Shown piece by piece: positions 9,301-17,717 of a stretch of 64,000 nt of DNA. The translations under genes and the position numbers were made by a program. The notes beneath the pieces were generated by a model. The model saw nothing but the letters and a program-made list of their open reading frames with translations, had not been told where the DNA came from and searched no databases. The stretch's first letter is position 1. Each line of letters opens with the position of its first letter. Source of the stretch: an uncultured Fibrobacteria bacterium (lineage in GTDB: Bacteria; Fibrobacterota; Fibrobacteria; UBA11236); assembly GCA_963716395.1 (NCBI GenBank), contig OY970309.1:864001-928000 (forward strand), read 5' to 3'.

Positions 9301-11316
9301 TTGTTGCAGAGCCATGCCGTAGCGATGCCAGAAGGCGGCGTCGTTGGGGAGCTGCGGTGCCAACTGGCCCATGATTTCCACGGCTTTGCCGGCGTCGCCG
9401 CTGGCCAGATAATGCGCGGCGATATCCATTTCGAACTCGGCGTGGCGCGCGGTATCGAGGCGCGAGAGGCGATCGAGCGAGGCCAGATAAGCGTCCTGCC
9501 GATCCTTGTGGTTCTTCGCCAACACGCGCACCATTTCCTGGCCGTCGGGATCGTCGGGATGGATATGGGTCCAAGCGTCGGCATGGGTGAAGGCCGCGGT
9601 CGAATCGCGGGCCTGAAGATCGAGCTTGGCCAGACGCAACAGCCATTCGTCGGCGGTGGGGTCCTGCGACATCAGGGCCGCGATGTCGCGGCGCTGGGCT
9701 TCCACGGGCGCCCCGAGGGCCGAAGCCGTTTCCACCTGCAGCCGCCGGACTTCAACGTCGTTGGGATGCCCCGCGAGATAGTTGTCGCACAATTGCAAGG
9801 TCAGGGGTGCGTTCTTGACGGCCTGCGCATCGAAAGGCGCGGACCGGATGCGCGCCAGGCGCACGGGATCGCGGCGCAAGAGTTCCTGCGCCGCCTCCAC
9901 GGCCAGCGCCGGTTTTTTGAACAGCGAGTACCCGCGACACAACAGGGCCAGCAGTTCGGGCGAGTTTTCGCCGCCGCGGTGCAGCGCTTCCAGGGCGGCG
10001 AAGTGTCGGGCGATTTGCGCCTCCTGCGTGATGACGGAGGGCAGCAAGGCCGTGTACTCGCGGCGATCGGGGCGGTTGCGCAGGGCGCGGTTCAGGTATT
10101 CGTAAGCTTGGGCCGTGTCGCCGCCGGCAAGATAAAGTTTGGCGATGCGGAATTGCAGGGCATCGTCGCGCGGATTTTTCTTTTCCGCCGCCACCAACGG
10201 CGGCAGCCAGGCTCCCGGATCCTTAGAGGCGCCCGCCAGCGCGGCCAGGCGATCCTTGGCTTCGTCCAGTCCCGGCGCGCGGCGCAGCGCTTCGGCATAG
10301 GCCGCCAGCGCCGAATCGGGTTGATGCAGGGCTTCGCGCAGCTTGCCCAATTCCAGCGCCGGCCGCGGGTCATGGGGAAGCAGCGGCAGGCATTGGGCAT
10401 AGAGTACGGCGCCGGCCGTGGGGTTCACCGCGGCCACCGCGGCCGCGGCCTGGAACAGAAAGGCGCCGTCGTTGAAATAGCCGGGCACGGCCTTTTGATA
10501 GGCCTCGGCGGCCAGGGCCGTGTTCTTCTGCGCGGCGTAGCACCCCGCCACATCGCGCCACACGGCCCGGTCCTCGGGGTGCACGCGCAGGTAACGCTGA
10601 CGATACTCCACGGCGTGGGCATCGGTCGGCGGATACAGGGCCGCGGCTTCCAGCCACAACGCCGGCAGGTCGGGTGACCCGGCTTTGAGATGGATCAAAT
10701 CCTCCAGCACGAGCCGTGCTTTTTCCGCATGCCCGGCCCCGGGCTTCCGGTATTCATCGCGCAGAAATTCCAAACCTTCCAGTGGAATGGGGTAGTGCTG
10801 GCGAAACCGTTCCCATTGGGCCGCGGCCTCGGCGCGGCGCCCGGCGTTCTGCAGGCTGAGACAATAGAGTTGCCAGGTGTCGCGCGCGCGCGCGGGATCG
10901 CCGCTGCGCGCCATGACCTCGGCGGCGCGGCGGTATTCTCCCAGCTCGTAGTAGCAGCGCGCCAGCGCGGCCAAGGCCTCGGCCGAAGGGCGGGCCAGGC
11001 GGCTCAATTGCAGGACCGCGTTCTCCCAATGCCGCAGGCGGGCATGCAGCAATCCCACCGCCTGCGCATATTCGGCGTTCTTGGGCGCTTGCAGCAGGCG
11101 CTGCTCGGCGTCGCTGAGCAGCGATTCCACCGCCGTATCAGGGAGGTTACTGTGAAGCGCGGCTTCGACCTGGGACACGAACGCCCGTTCGTTTCCGGCC
11201 GTGCGGGCGGCCTGGGCCGGCAGAGCCAGCAGGGTCAGGCCCAAGGCGGCCAGTCCCCAAGCGCGGGCCCGGGAGGACACTGGATTTCGTGGCGAGGAGC
11301 GGCGGAGTTTCGGCAT
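3355..11316 (-). CDS. Giant secreted tetratricopeptide-repeat protein (~2650 aa)
   Basis: One uninterrupted frame; signal peptide RARAWGLAALGLTLLALPAQA; dozens of TPR-type helix pairs ending in P-D/P-x-N turns. Start placed at MPKLRR (11316). Confidence 0.9.
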   Translation of the reverse strand: MPKLRRSSPRNPVSSRARAWGLAALGLTLLALPAQAARTAGNERAFVSQVEAALHSNLPDTAVESLLSDAEQRLLQAPKNAEYAQAVGLLHARLRHWENAVLQLSRLARPSAEALAALARCYYELGEYRRAAEVMARSGDPARARDTWQLYCLSLQNAGRRAEAAAQWERFRQHYPIPLEGLEFLRDEYRKPGAGHAEKARLVLEDLIHLKAGSPDLPALWLEAAALYPPTDAHAVEYRQRYLRVHPEDRAVWRDVAGCYAAQKNTALAAEAYQKAVPGYFNDGAFLFQAAAAVAAVNPTAGAVLYAQCLPLLPHDPRPALELGKLREALHQPDSALAAYAEALRRAPGLDEAKDRLAALAGASKDPGAWLPPLVAAEKKNPRDDALQFRIAKLYLAGGDTAQAYEYLNRALRNRPDRREYTALLPSVITQEAQIARHFAALEALHRGGENSPELLALLCRGYSLFKKPALAVEAAQELLRRDPVRLARIRSAPFDAQAVKNAPLTLQLCDNYLAGHPNDVEVRRLQVETASALGAPVEAQRRDIAALMSQDPTADEWLLRLAKLDLQARDSTAAFTHADAWTHIHPDDPDGQEMVRVLAKNHKDRQDAYLASLDRLSRLDTARHAEFEMDIAAHYLASGDAGKAVEIMGQLAPQLPNDAAFWHRYGMALQQLGRDAAPEALEKAWRLEPGNSQYALDFARGLRGDSALAANVPVLRLALQRDPQSLPLQLAYAHACYLAGDVGASAAAWRAVEPRDPAAAAEDSTAALAFLKTGRPDLAARLLEAHTAKDPHDLRALSLLADLYARAGKRADQTQVLEKLVQEDYGYGDYLLRLAREQEAAGRHADATHNYSLWCFRHPEDRVALKEYHDAAEASRDSVSLLDALHLLTQFPDADRAYRFQQAEIFYLRGGDPAELERLVKDNPDYREGRILLVQEYHSKGDFKNLARFQGFLEQETQSSSDLLEPLADLQAAQEKWDAADKTYFTWLGVHPKDAEVYAKVLRLAQEHQSPYLVSILRMGLAQHPEDTKLQTAYAQALGKTAGALPVYQALLQKKPDDVNLLKPAAEIARSLGRKDLAIPWYQAWAKADPDDPDAWHGLIALYDPVRDRARLADALAGLHRLDPNDRDLSLRLGQTYEALGQWDYALDAYQGALYVDPTNKSIRDKVIALLRTHASKETATDMLTEIQTLDHGAHEAQYELARLYVQRGDREKAYAYLIAALEQSPHNPVYLALLPHTIQGQTQILKHFDALVNLAKNPALNRRDTANVDLLFELGQGYALKQQWDAATRNYALVDALRPELLYGNRDVLVTCFKGKNWPLVADLSVRYFKLHPDFDKEILQMQVMAYQNTGKSDDAIRGVLEQLLTLDEDDAGALLRLAELDLHARDTASTLQHLRACLMTHPNELRAYSMMLPLVDNRPDEVATYLVTLEKIALLDSTRRIDCWERLANLYEGHKNYREAHRLLSRLVRVRPKDPTLWFRLGKMRAELQLGDMGTAMFRRAWELEPQNLTYARTYAQTLRTRPEIAARLDLFRFLDAHAPLPQETHGLAIGLFYHGDYPASAAAWDRFFARQPDARTDVEIEAAQAYWRTGQWAKALPFYEMRLEHTLRPLYVLDTLEALYAHVGNEDKRVKALQHLVQLDPTYKDFQLQLAQAREKHGQPAVAVDLYGQWTARHPRDLPPLLSMRRLADSLRDTAALETALRDLVQLPKPQAAHICQLAELDYLQTGALEPLEHAVKIDPAFRRGKLILAREYYRRDEVPKLAAFEPELVAASATDPDLLELRADLYAYQNKAGAANTCYLNFLRHRRDVARSGDEAARAAFHDALEKSWSYAQATSASTLPELLELGNQVFPNDPRIAHALGSALGNTPKAVAFDAQWLAQHPEDAEMLPDAAETAGHLQDWPHARDWYGKWAEAQPANLPAWQGLLTAAEKLGDAPNQLRALQALADLQPDNAAASFALGSALVRQGEYERALEYLGPAADMQPGDKTYARAAQNALETLAESALKAGDRAKAAEWYAILLQRDPGHPKASLYVGLADAESQDFADAAPLLRKGLAQSTEPAAVRAEGYRDLGLCASALGNAEAAHASFVQALSLNPEDSVAAADNLDAVQTLNRLADLPSAYAAVIRTDSNNVDALGGLAGLRLAAGQNAEAVRLLRRLASLRPNDAAVFAQYGEALLALNRNDVALTALTKAYDLGDLRPEVVGDLVRLHRQAGTLDQAMPVLEEWLRQSPNDTAAAAFGAQLAERRRDWRQAEEMWALAVQAAPAQVAYNEGLARVYERLGEYQAAADLLEPQGAKLSGAGWVLLGDAYAATPDPDKALAAYRKAETAGAARAAVAAELRIDVAQKNVVAAQRLLAAHPETAGDPEVTAEQVHLDLLQHDLEKALALAQGMATAHPREARAQALRGEVLLARHQGAEALQACSDAAQLDTTLWAATQCTGMADLQLDRAEEARTVFFALGEKSDPHARALGLWGLGEVARHAGHEADAKDYWVQSLSLAPTAQGFADLSHLCLRLKQIEDAEVYAQRALEINSDFPDGIAALSETMVARSQEKDALDYVQDALRKNPGSCDLQREANQIQLERGDVQALAQSSDQARQVCPDDPMAWYYAGIAAAKTNDSKDAASHFAHYKALGGDPEKVPQGF

Positions 11317-11449
11317 AGCGGTTTTTCCCACCGCTATTATCCCACCGGTGTCAATAGCTGCGTAGCAAAAATGCGGACGGGCCGCCCTTCTCACCCCCGA
11401 AATGGGTGCATGGCCGATGGGGGCGCATTTTTGGAGTATAATCCGGGCG

Positions 11450-11704
11450 ATGGAAGCTCCCGAATCCCTGTTCGATCATCATCCCACCGAAGAAGAACTG
11501 CGCTATCTCTTTCTTTCCGGTACGACTCGCGAGGCTTATCTGGCTTCGCCTCGCGACGCCGAAACCGAATACGGGCATATTTACGCGCTGTACATGATTC
11601 GCGGCCGGCGCGACAAGGCCCTGGAATATCTGGAACGCATCCGCGATCCCAAGACGCATTTCGCGCCCAAGCCTCCGGACCCCTCGTCCAACGGCAAGGC
11701 CTGA
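11450..11704 (+). CDS. Small hypothetical protein (84 aa)
   Basis: MEAPESLFDHHPTEEELRYLF... fills the gap between two minus-strand genes and has a helical, TPR-like C-terminus. Confidence 0.6.
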   Translation: MEAPESLFDHHPTEEELRYLFLSGTTREAYLASPRDAETEYGHIYALYMIRGRRDKALEYLERIRDPKTHFAPKPPDPSSNGKA

Positions 11705-11714
11705 CGGCCATTCA

Positions 11715-13028
11715 TTATTGCACCGCCACCGACAGCAAGCGGCCGTCCCCATCCCACACGGCGTGGTAATGTTGGCCGTTGCGGTCGGTGACGTCGGCGG
11801 TCAAGGCCCCGGCCTGCAGCGTGCCCGTCAGCGTGAGGGCCGTAGCATCCACGTAGTCCAGTTGCAGCGACACGGTTCCATCGCGCGGCGCAGTTCCCGA
11901 AGGCAGGGGTGTGGATGAAGTGAAGGAGAATACGGCGTTGCGCACATCGCCCAGGCGATAAGCCGCCGTGATCGAAAGAGCATAGGTGCTGTCGTCGGTT
12001 TTCCGATCCCAGGTGCCGCCCAAGGTCATGCGCGCCTGGGCCGCCGAAGAATCCAGTGTGTCGCCGGGCGCACCGAATTGGGTGAAGCGCGCCAGCACGG
12101 TGTCGTTGAGATCGAGATCGGGACCGCCCTGGGCATTGAAAAGCCCGAATTCCTGCCGGCCTCCGGTGGTCAGTTGGTTTTCACCCGACACGCCCAGCAC
12201 TTCGGCCGGAGTTTGGTAGCGCACCCGGCACTGCAACCGGATCGTGGAAAGCGCCACACCCGGTTGGCCGGGCGGATTCCAGGCACGGTAATCGAGTACC
12301 ACCAGGGAAGCACCGGCATTGTCGATGACCACGCTGTCGGAATCGACGCTGGCATACACCGCCGTGGCCAAGGTGTCGGCGCCCCGCATCTTCCACCAGC
12401 GCGCCGCATAATAGATGTTGTCGTTTTGCGTGTTGAAATCATTGTCGGGGCCCGGCCCTTGCAGCAAGTAGGCCTCTTGCTCCACGCCCGAGTCCACCGC
12501 CGCCACCCATACTTGGTTTTTGCAGACGCGTCCGGGCACGGCGGCGATGTTGCTGTCGCCGTCGGCATCTTCGGTGACTACGGAGTCGAAGGCACCGGAG
12601 CGGTACACGATGGCCGATTTCGCCCGGTAAATTACGCCTTGCCCGGGCGCCGTGCCCAGGCCGTACAAGGTGTCATGCGCCACCCCCAAGGTGTCGCCGA
12701 CGATGGGATCCACCAAGGTGGAATCGAAAGCCACCCTCCACGACCCCGACGCGGCCGCGCTTTTGGCCAAAGCGGTTTTGCCCGCGGCAATTTCCGTGGG
12801 GGCCACAAGTTTGGCGGCGGCCGGCGCGCCGAGAAAACCCTGCGCGTCCGCCGGAATGGTCGGCAAGGCCGCGGTTGGCTGGGCCTGACCGAGAAACCCG
12901 TCGACGCGGGCATAAACGCTGTTGGGAAAATCGTCGACGCCTGCGGTGGGGCTGTCGGTTCGGGTCAGGCAGCCGGCCAGCACGGCGGTGACGGCCGCAA
13001 CGGCCAGGCGGAAGCGGACTTTACGCAT
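11715..13028 (-). CDS. Lipoprotein B, paralog of 1724-3091
   Basis: Lipobox VLAGC; collinear motifs shared with lipoprotein A; start overlaps the upstream gene's stop by 8 nt. Confidence 0.8.
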   Translation of the reverse strand: MRKVRFRLAVAAVTAVLAGCLTRTDSPTAGVDDFPNSVYARVDGFLGQAQPTAALPTIPADAQGFLGAPAAAKLVAPTEIAAGKTALAKSAAASGSWRVAFDSTLVDPIVGDTLGVAHDTLYGLGTAPGQGVIYRAKSAIVYRSGAFDSVVTEDADGDSNIAAVPGRVCKNQVWVAAVDSGVEQEAYLLQGPGPDNDFNTQNDNIYYAARWWKMRGADTLATAVYASVDSDSVVIDNAGASLVVLDYRAWNPPGQPGVALSTIRLQCRVRYQTPAEVLGVSGENQLTTGGRQEFGLFNAQGGPDLDLNDTVLARFTQFGAPGDTLDSSAAQARMTLGGTWDRKTDDSTYALSITAAYRLGDVRNAVFSFTSSTPLPSGTAPRDGTVSLQLDYVDATALTLTGTLQAGALTADVTDRNGQHYHAVWDGDGRLLSVAVQ

Positions 13029-13854
13029 GGGGTTTGGCCTCCGGCATGTGCGTGCGGGGAAAAAACTGGATGGAAAATTGCATCACGCGATCGGGATTTT
13101 CCTCCTGCTGGGCCAGGGCGAAAATTTCTTCGCGGAATGTTTCGAGGCGCCGCATAATTTCGGCGTACATCGCTTCGCCCACGGTGAGCAAACTGCTGCT
13201 GATATGGCGCTCGCGTTTGTCGAAGGCGAACAAGGCGTCGGCGGCCTGTACCACCCATTCGCGGTTCAGGCGCTTGACCAGATCGCCCAGCGAAGGCGGC
13301 GGCTCCTGGTTCTGGAACACCACGCGATAGCGGCCGTCACGTTCCTGCCGCACCAGGCCCCAGGCGCACAGCTCGCGCACGCATTTCTTGATCACCGGCA
13401 GGGCCACGGGCGGCCGCAGAAAACGCGCTAGTTTTTCATAATCGCCACGAAAATCACACACTTGAATCGCGGCCCGCAGCAGCGGGTAATGGAAGTCCTG
13501 GTAATATTTGCTGACGCCCGGATGCAAACGCACGAAGCTGCTGCGGTTGCGTCGGAACAGCATTTGATCGTACAGGCCCTGGCGTTCCGCCGGTTTTTTG
13601 CTTTGCCCGTAGGCCACCAGCAGGCGAAAGTATTCGGCCTCGTGCGGGCGTAATTCGAAGGCCCGAAGCATTTTTTCCACCGCCGCGTCGCTCAGGGTTC
13701 GGCGGCCTTTGAGTACATCGTTGAGAAAACCCGGATTGGCGAAACCGGCCAGGGCTGCGAAAGCGCGCTGCGAAAGCCCGGGGCGCGCGCGTTTCAGCGC
13801 GGCAAAGGCCGCGGCCAGATACTGGCGATAGTCTTCGAAGGAATAAACGTCCAT
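13021..13854 (-). CDS. TIGR02147-like (DUF4423) putative HTH regulator
   Basis: 277 aa starting MDVYSFEDYRQYL; N-terminal HTH-like SQRAFAALAGFANPGFLNDVLKGRRTLS; EAEYFRLLV; C-terminal RHISSSLLTV...VMQFSIQFFP typical of this Fibrobacter/Bdellovibrio family. Confidence 0.85.
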   Translation of the reverse strand: MDVYSFEDYRQYLAAAFAALKRARPGLSQRAFAALAGFANPGFLNDVLKGRRTLSDAAVEKMLRAFELRPHEAEYFRLLVAYGQSKKPAERQGLYDQMLFRRNRSSFVRLHPGVSKYYQDFHYPLLRAAIQVCDFRGDYEKLARFLRPPVALPVIKKCVRELCAWGLVRQERDGRYRVVFQNQEPPPSLGDLVKRLNREWVVQAADALFAFDKRERHISSSLLTVGEAMYAEIMRRLETFREEIFALAQQEENPDRVMQFSIQFFPRTHMPEAKPHA

Positions 13855-13995
13855 GGAAATCCGGCCCGACACCAGCATAATGGCTGCGGGCGTGCCTGTC
13901 AAATAAAAAACAAAAATTGATTACAAAGTCAGACTATATGTCCAGTAATATCTGATTTTAAATACTGATACCGAATTAAAGTGGAATTTAAATGA

Positions 13996-16647
13996 TTACG
14001 ATGAAGCCGCCGCATCGGCACCCGCATCGCGCTGCAAATGCACCAATTGCAGCAGCGCGTCGACCGGGGTCAAGCTGTTCACGTCCAGCGCCATCAGGGC
14101 TTCGAAAACCGCGCGATGCCGCGGATTTTCCGCGGCCGCGGCGCCGTGGCCCGACGGTTTGAACAGGTCGATTTGCTGCAAGGTCTCGCGGCTGCCGCTG
14201 CGCCCTTCGCCCGCGTAGGGGCGCAGCGGCGAACCGCCGGCTTCGAGCGCGTCTAGAATTTCCCGGGCGCGGCCGATGACGGGTTCGGGCACTCCTGCCA
14301 TGCGCGCCACCTGAATGCCGTAACTGGAGTCGCAGGCGCCTTCGATCACCCGGTGCAGAAACACCACCTCGCCGCCGGTTTCGCGCACCGTAACCTGAAC
14401 GTTGCGGACGCGCGCCAGTTTCTCTGCCAGCAGCGTCAGCTCGTGGTAATGCGTGGCGAACAAAGTGCGCGCCCCCAGGGCCGGATTTTCATGCAGCGCC
14501 TCGGCGATGGCCCAGGCCAGCGACAGGCCGTCATAGGTGCTGGTGCCGCGGCCGATTTCGTCGAGCAGCACCAGGCTGTGCGGCGTGGCGTGGCGCAGGA
14601 TGGCCGCGGTTTCGATCATTTCCACCATGAAGGTGCTCTGGCCTTTGGCCAGGCGATCCGAGGCCCCCACGCGCGTGAAAATGCGGTCGACCAGTCCGAT
14701 ACGGGCGGCGTCGGCGGGCACGAACGAACCGATTTGGGCCAGCAGTACGATGAGCCCCGTCTGCCGCAGGTAGGTCGACTTGCCCGCCATATTGGGGCCG
14801 GTGACCAGCAGAATCTGCCGCTGCGCCGCATCGAGCTCGACGTCGTTGGCGATGAAGGCGCCCTCTTCGGCCAGCGCTTCCACCACCGGATGCCGGCCGC
14901 GCACGATGCGCAGCACCGCCTCGGCGGCGATCTCGGGCCGGCAAAAGCGCAGTTCGGCCGCGTTGAGGGCCAACGATTGCAGCACGTCGACCACGCTCAG
15001 CGCCGCCGCCGCCGCCAGCAGCACCGGCGCGTCGCGCGCCACGGCCTCGCGCAAGCCGCAGAACAATTTGTATTCCAGCGCGTTGATTTCGCTTTCGGCC
15101 CCGAGAATGCGGCTCTCCCACTCCTTCATCTCCGGCGTGATGTAGCGTTCGCCGCCCACCAGGCTTTGCTTGCGCAAATAATGCGGCGGCACCTTGTCTT
15201 CCTGGGCTTTGGTGACTTCGAGGTAATACCCGAACACCTTGTTGAATCCCACCTTGAGGCTGGGAATGCCGGTGGCTTCGCGCTCGCGCGCCTGCAGTCC
15301 GTTCAGCCACTCGCGTCCGGCGCGAATGCCCTCATGCAAGGCGTCGAGTTCGGGAAAGGCGCCGGGCCGGATCATACCGCCTTCACGCACGGTGAGCGGC
15401 GGATGCTCGGTGAACAAAACCGCCCATTCGGCGCCGCGGGTTCCCAGCGCCGCCAGCGCGCGGCGGCTTTCCGCGTACAAAGGGGCTTGCAGCCGGGCCA
15501 GCACTTCGGCCGCCTTGCCGGCTTCGACCAGCGACAGGGCCAACCCCAACAGATCGCGCGCGTTCACGCGCCCGGCTCCGGCACGCGCCACGATGCGTTC
15601 GATGTCGCCCACCCCCTGCAAATGCTGGCGCAAGGCCCGCCCGGCTTCAGGTCGCCGCAGGCCTTCTTCCACCGCGTCGAGGCGCGTTTCGATTTCCGCG
15701 CGGTCGCGCAGCGGATGCGTCAGCCAATGCTTGAACAGCCGGCCCCCCATGGCGGTCACCGTGCGATCGAGCCGGTGGAACAGGGTGCCGTCTTCGTCAT
15801 CGCCGTGCAGGGGCCGCACCAATTCGAGGTTGCGCACGGTGGCGGCATCGAGGGTCATGGCGCGCTCGAAACGCGTGGGCGTGAGCTTGACCAGATGCGT
15901 CAACTCCGACTTCTTGCTTTCGCGCACATAGGCCAGAGCGGCCGCGGCCGCCCGCAGGCCCAACGGCCAATGCGCGCAGTCGAAGGCTTCGAGCGACTGC
16001 ACCTGAAAATGCCGCTGCAAGAGGGCGACGCCCTGATCGAGATGGAAGTAGCCCTTGGACAGGGCGGTGAGGGGAAGGCGTTCGCGGCCCGGCCGGCGGC
16101 TCAAGGCCGGGGGAATTTCCACGGCTTCGGGGTAGAGAAGCTCCTGCGCGTTCAGGCGGTCGACTTCGCCCGACACCTCTTCGAGGCTGCCTTCGGCCAC
16201 GAAGAACTGGCCGGTGCTGAGATCGAGGGCGGAAAAGCCGTAACGGTTCTCCCCCGGATACACGGCCGCCAAAAAATTGTTGGTTTTGGCGTCGAGATAG
16301 TTTTCCGACAAGGCCGTGCCGCGCGTCACGATTTCGGTGACTTCGCGTTTGACCACGCCCTTGGCCAGAGCCGGGTCTTCGGTTTGTTCGCATACCGCCA
16401 CCTTGTAACCGGCGGCGATGAGCTTGGGCAAATACCGCTCCACCGCATGGTGCGGAAAGCCCGCCAGCGGCGTGGGATCTTTGCCGCCGTGGTTGCGGCG
16501 CGTCAAGGTCAAGCCCAGTACGCGCGCCGCGGTCACCGCATCCTCGTGGAACAATTCGTAGAAGTCGCCCATGCGGTAGAGCAGCAGGCTATCCGGGTAG
16601 GCTGCTTTGATCTCGAGATATTGCTTCATCATGGGCGTGTCGGACAT
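13996..16647 (-). CDS. mutS: DNA mismatch repair protein MutS
   Basis: TPMMKQY, MGDFYELF, TGPNMAGKST, LDEIGRGTST, FATHYHEL, SYGIQVA. Confidence 0.98.
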   Translation of the reverse strand: MSDTPMMKQYLEIKAAYPDSLLLYRMGDFYELFHEDAVTAARVLGLTLTRRNHGGKDPTPLAGFPHHAVERYLPKLIAAGYKVAVCEQTEDPALAKGVVKREVTEIVTRGTALSENYLDAKTNNFLAAVYPGENRYGFSALDLSTGQFFVAEGSLEEVSGEVDRLNAQELLYPEAVEIPPALSRRPGRERLPLTALSKGYFHLDQGVALLQRHFQVQSLEAFDCAHWPLGLRAAAAALAYVRESKKSELTHLVKLTPTRFERAMTLDAATVRNLELVRPLHGDDEDGTLFHRLDRTVTAMGGRLFKHWLTHPLRDRAEIETRLDAVEEGLRRPEAGRALRQHLQGVGDIERIVARAGAGRVNARDLLGLALSLVEAGKAAEVLARLQAPLYAESRRALAALGTRGAEWAVLFTEHPPLTVREGGMIRPGAFPELDALHEGIRAGREWLNGLQAREREATGIPSLKVGFNKVFGYYLEVTKAQEDKVPPHYLRKQSLVGGERYITPEMKEWESRILGAESEINALEYKLFCGLREAVARDAPVLLAAAAALSVVDVLQSLALNAAELRFCRPEIAAEAVLRIVRGRHPVVEALAEEGAFIANDVELDAAQRQILLVTGPNMAGKSTYLRQTGLIVLLAQIGSFVPADAARIGLVDRIFTRVGASDRLAKGQSTFMVEMIETAAILRHATPHSLVLLDEIGRGTSTYDGLSLAWAIAEALHENPALGARTLFATHYHELTLLAEKLARVRNVQVTVRETGGEVVFLHRVIEGACDSSYGIQVARMAGVPEPVIGRAREILDALEAGGSPLRPYAGEGRSGSRETLQQIDLFKPSGHGAAAAENPRHRAVFEALMALDVNSLTPVDALLQLVHLQRDAGADAAASS

Positions 16648-16999
16648 GGCGGAAAAGGTAGAACGCCCGGCCGGGCCCGGTTTCTGCGCGCGGCCCGCTT
16701 CGCGGCGCCGGGCTTCGATTGATTTCGCGTCGCCATCGGGTGCTGGCGCGGTGGAAAGGCATTACGGGGGAACCGCCACGCGGCGCGGAAGGAAAACCAC
16801 ACAATTCCCAACGGTCCCAAAAACTCTACCGCATGCTACGGATGGATTCCCAACTTTCGGGTCAAACGATGCAATCTTCGCATACGACACCGCTTGAAAA
16901 GCGCGGGGAAATATCCGGCCCGAATTTATTGTTGCGGAACAAACCTAGAGCATTTCCGCCGCGCTGCATGCCGCGGCGGGGTTCACCGGGGTCCACGAT

Positions 17000-17548
17000 A
17001 TGAAAAGGTTCGATACCAGCGCGCTGCCCGCAAAAACCACCACCAAAAGCCTTGGTTCATCCAGGCCGGGAAAGGCCATCCGCCGGATGCCACGGGTGCG
17101 AAACGTCTGGCCGGCCGGTTGCCTGCTTTTAGGTCTGGCCTGCGGATCGGCCCAGGCCCAGAGCGCAGCAGGGCCGAACACCTACCCATCGGCGGCACGC
17201 GCGCTGCCGATGCAGGAGGCTTCCGACCCTTCCGGTATCCGGCAGCCCCTGGCCTTCGCCTTCCGCGGCCCAGCCTTTCGCGAGGCTTTCCGGAAACGGG
17301 GCGCCGCCCTCGATAACTTTATCTATACGGCGCCGGAGTCCGCCGATCTGCCCACCGAGCGGCCGGCCGCGCGTCCGTCTCGGTCTTCGCAGACGGCGGC
17401 TCCGGCTTCCCCGTCCGGTTCCAATGTCAAATGGAAAGTGGTCGGCGATATCGCACTGACGGTGGGAATCGGAATCGCCGGATTTCTGCTTCTTTCCCGT
17501 TCCGATAACCTGTCCCCGACCGGCGCGACCGGCGCCGGAGCCAATTAA
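17000..17548 (+). CDS. Hypothetical exported/membrane-anchored protein
   Basis: Signal-like segment CLLLGLACGSAQA (alternative start 17087) and a C-terminal hydrophobic helix. Confidence 0.5.
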   Translation: MKRFDTSALPAKTTTKSLGSSRPGKAIRRMPRVRNVWPAGCLLLGLACGSAQAQSAAGPNTYPSAARALPMQEASDPSGIRQPLAFAFRGPAFREAFRKRGAALDNFIYTAPESADLPTERPAARPSRSSQTAAPASPSGSNVKWKVVGDIALTVGIGIAGFLLLSRSDNLSPTGATGAGAN

Positions 17549-17717
17549 TAAACGATATGGCCCGGCCTCGCCAACCCGGATTCGAAGGCGGCCTTGTGGG
17601 CCGTCCCTAAATCGCGCCGACGCGTGAGCCGAAAAAACTCGGCTTTCCCAAGCCTTGCTGGGCCTTGTTTCCCGCGCCCCGGACAGATACGATTAAAGTC
17701 GATTCAGGTGGGGTTGC

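Noticed and set aside
3364-11769. Long plus-strand ORFs opposite the TPR gene (e.g. 3364-4944, 8767-10677)
   Set aside because: Antisense shadows typical of high-GC codon bias; no motifs.
14353-16722. 789-aa ORF antisense to mutS, and similar ORFs opposite lepA, the NtrC gene and cysN
   Set aside because: Mirror frames of well-supported genes.
16931-16950. Possible sigma54 promoter before the 17000 ORF (CGGAACAAACCTAGA)
   Set aside because: Has GG-N10-GA instead of GC and lacks TGGCA; too weak.
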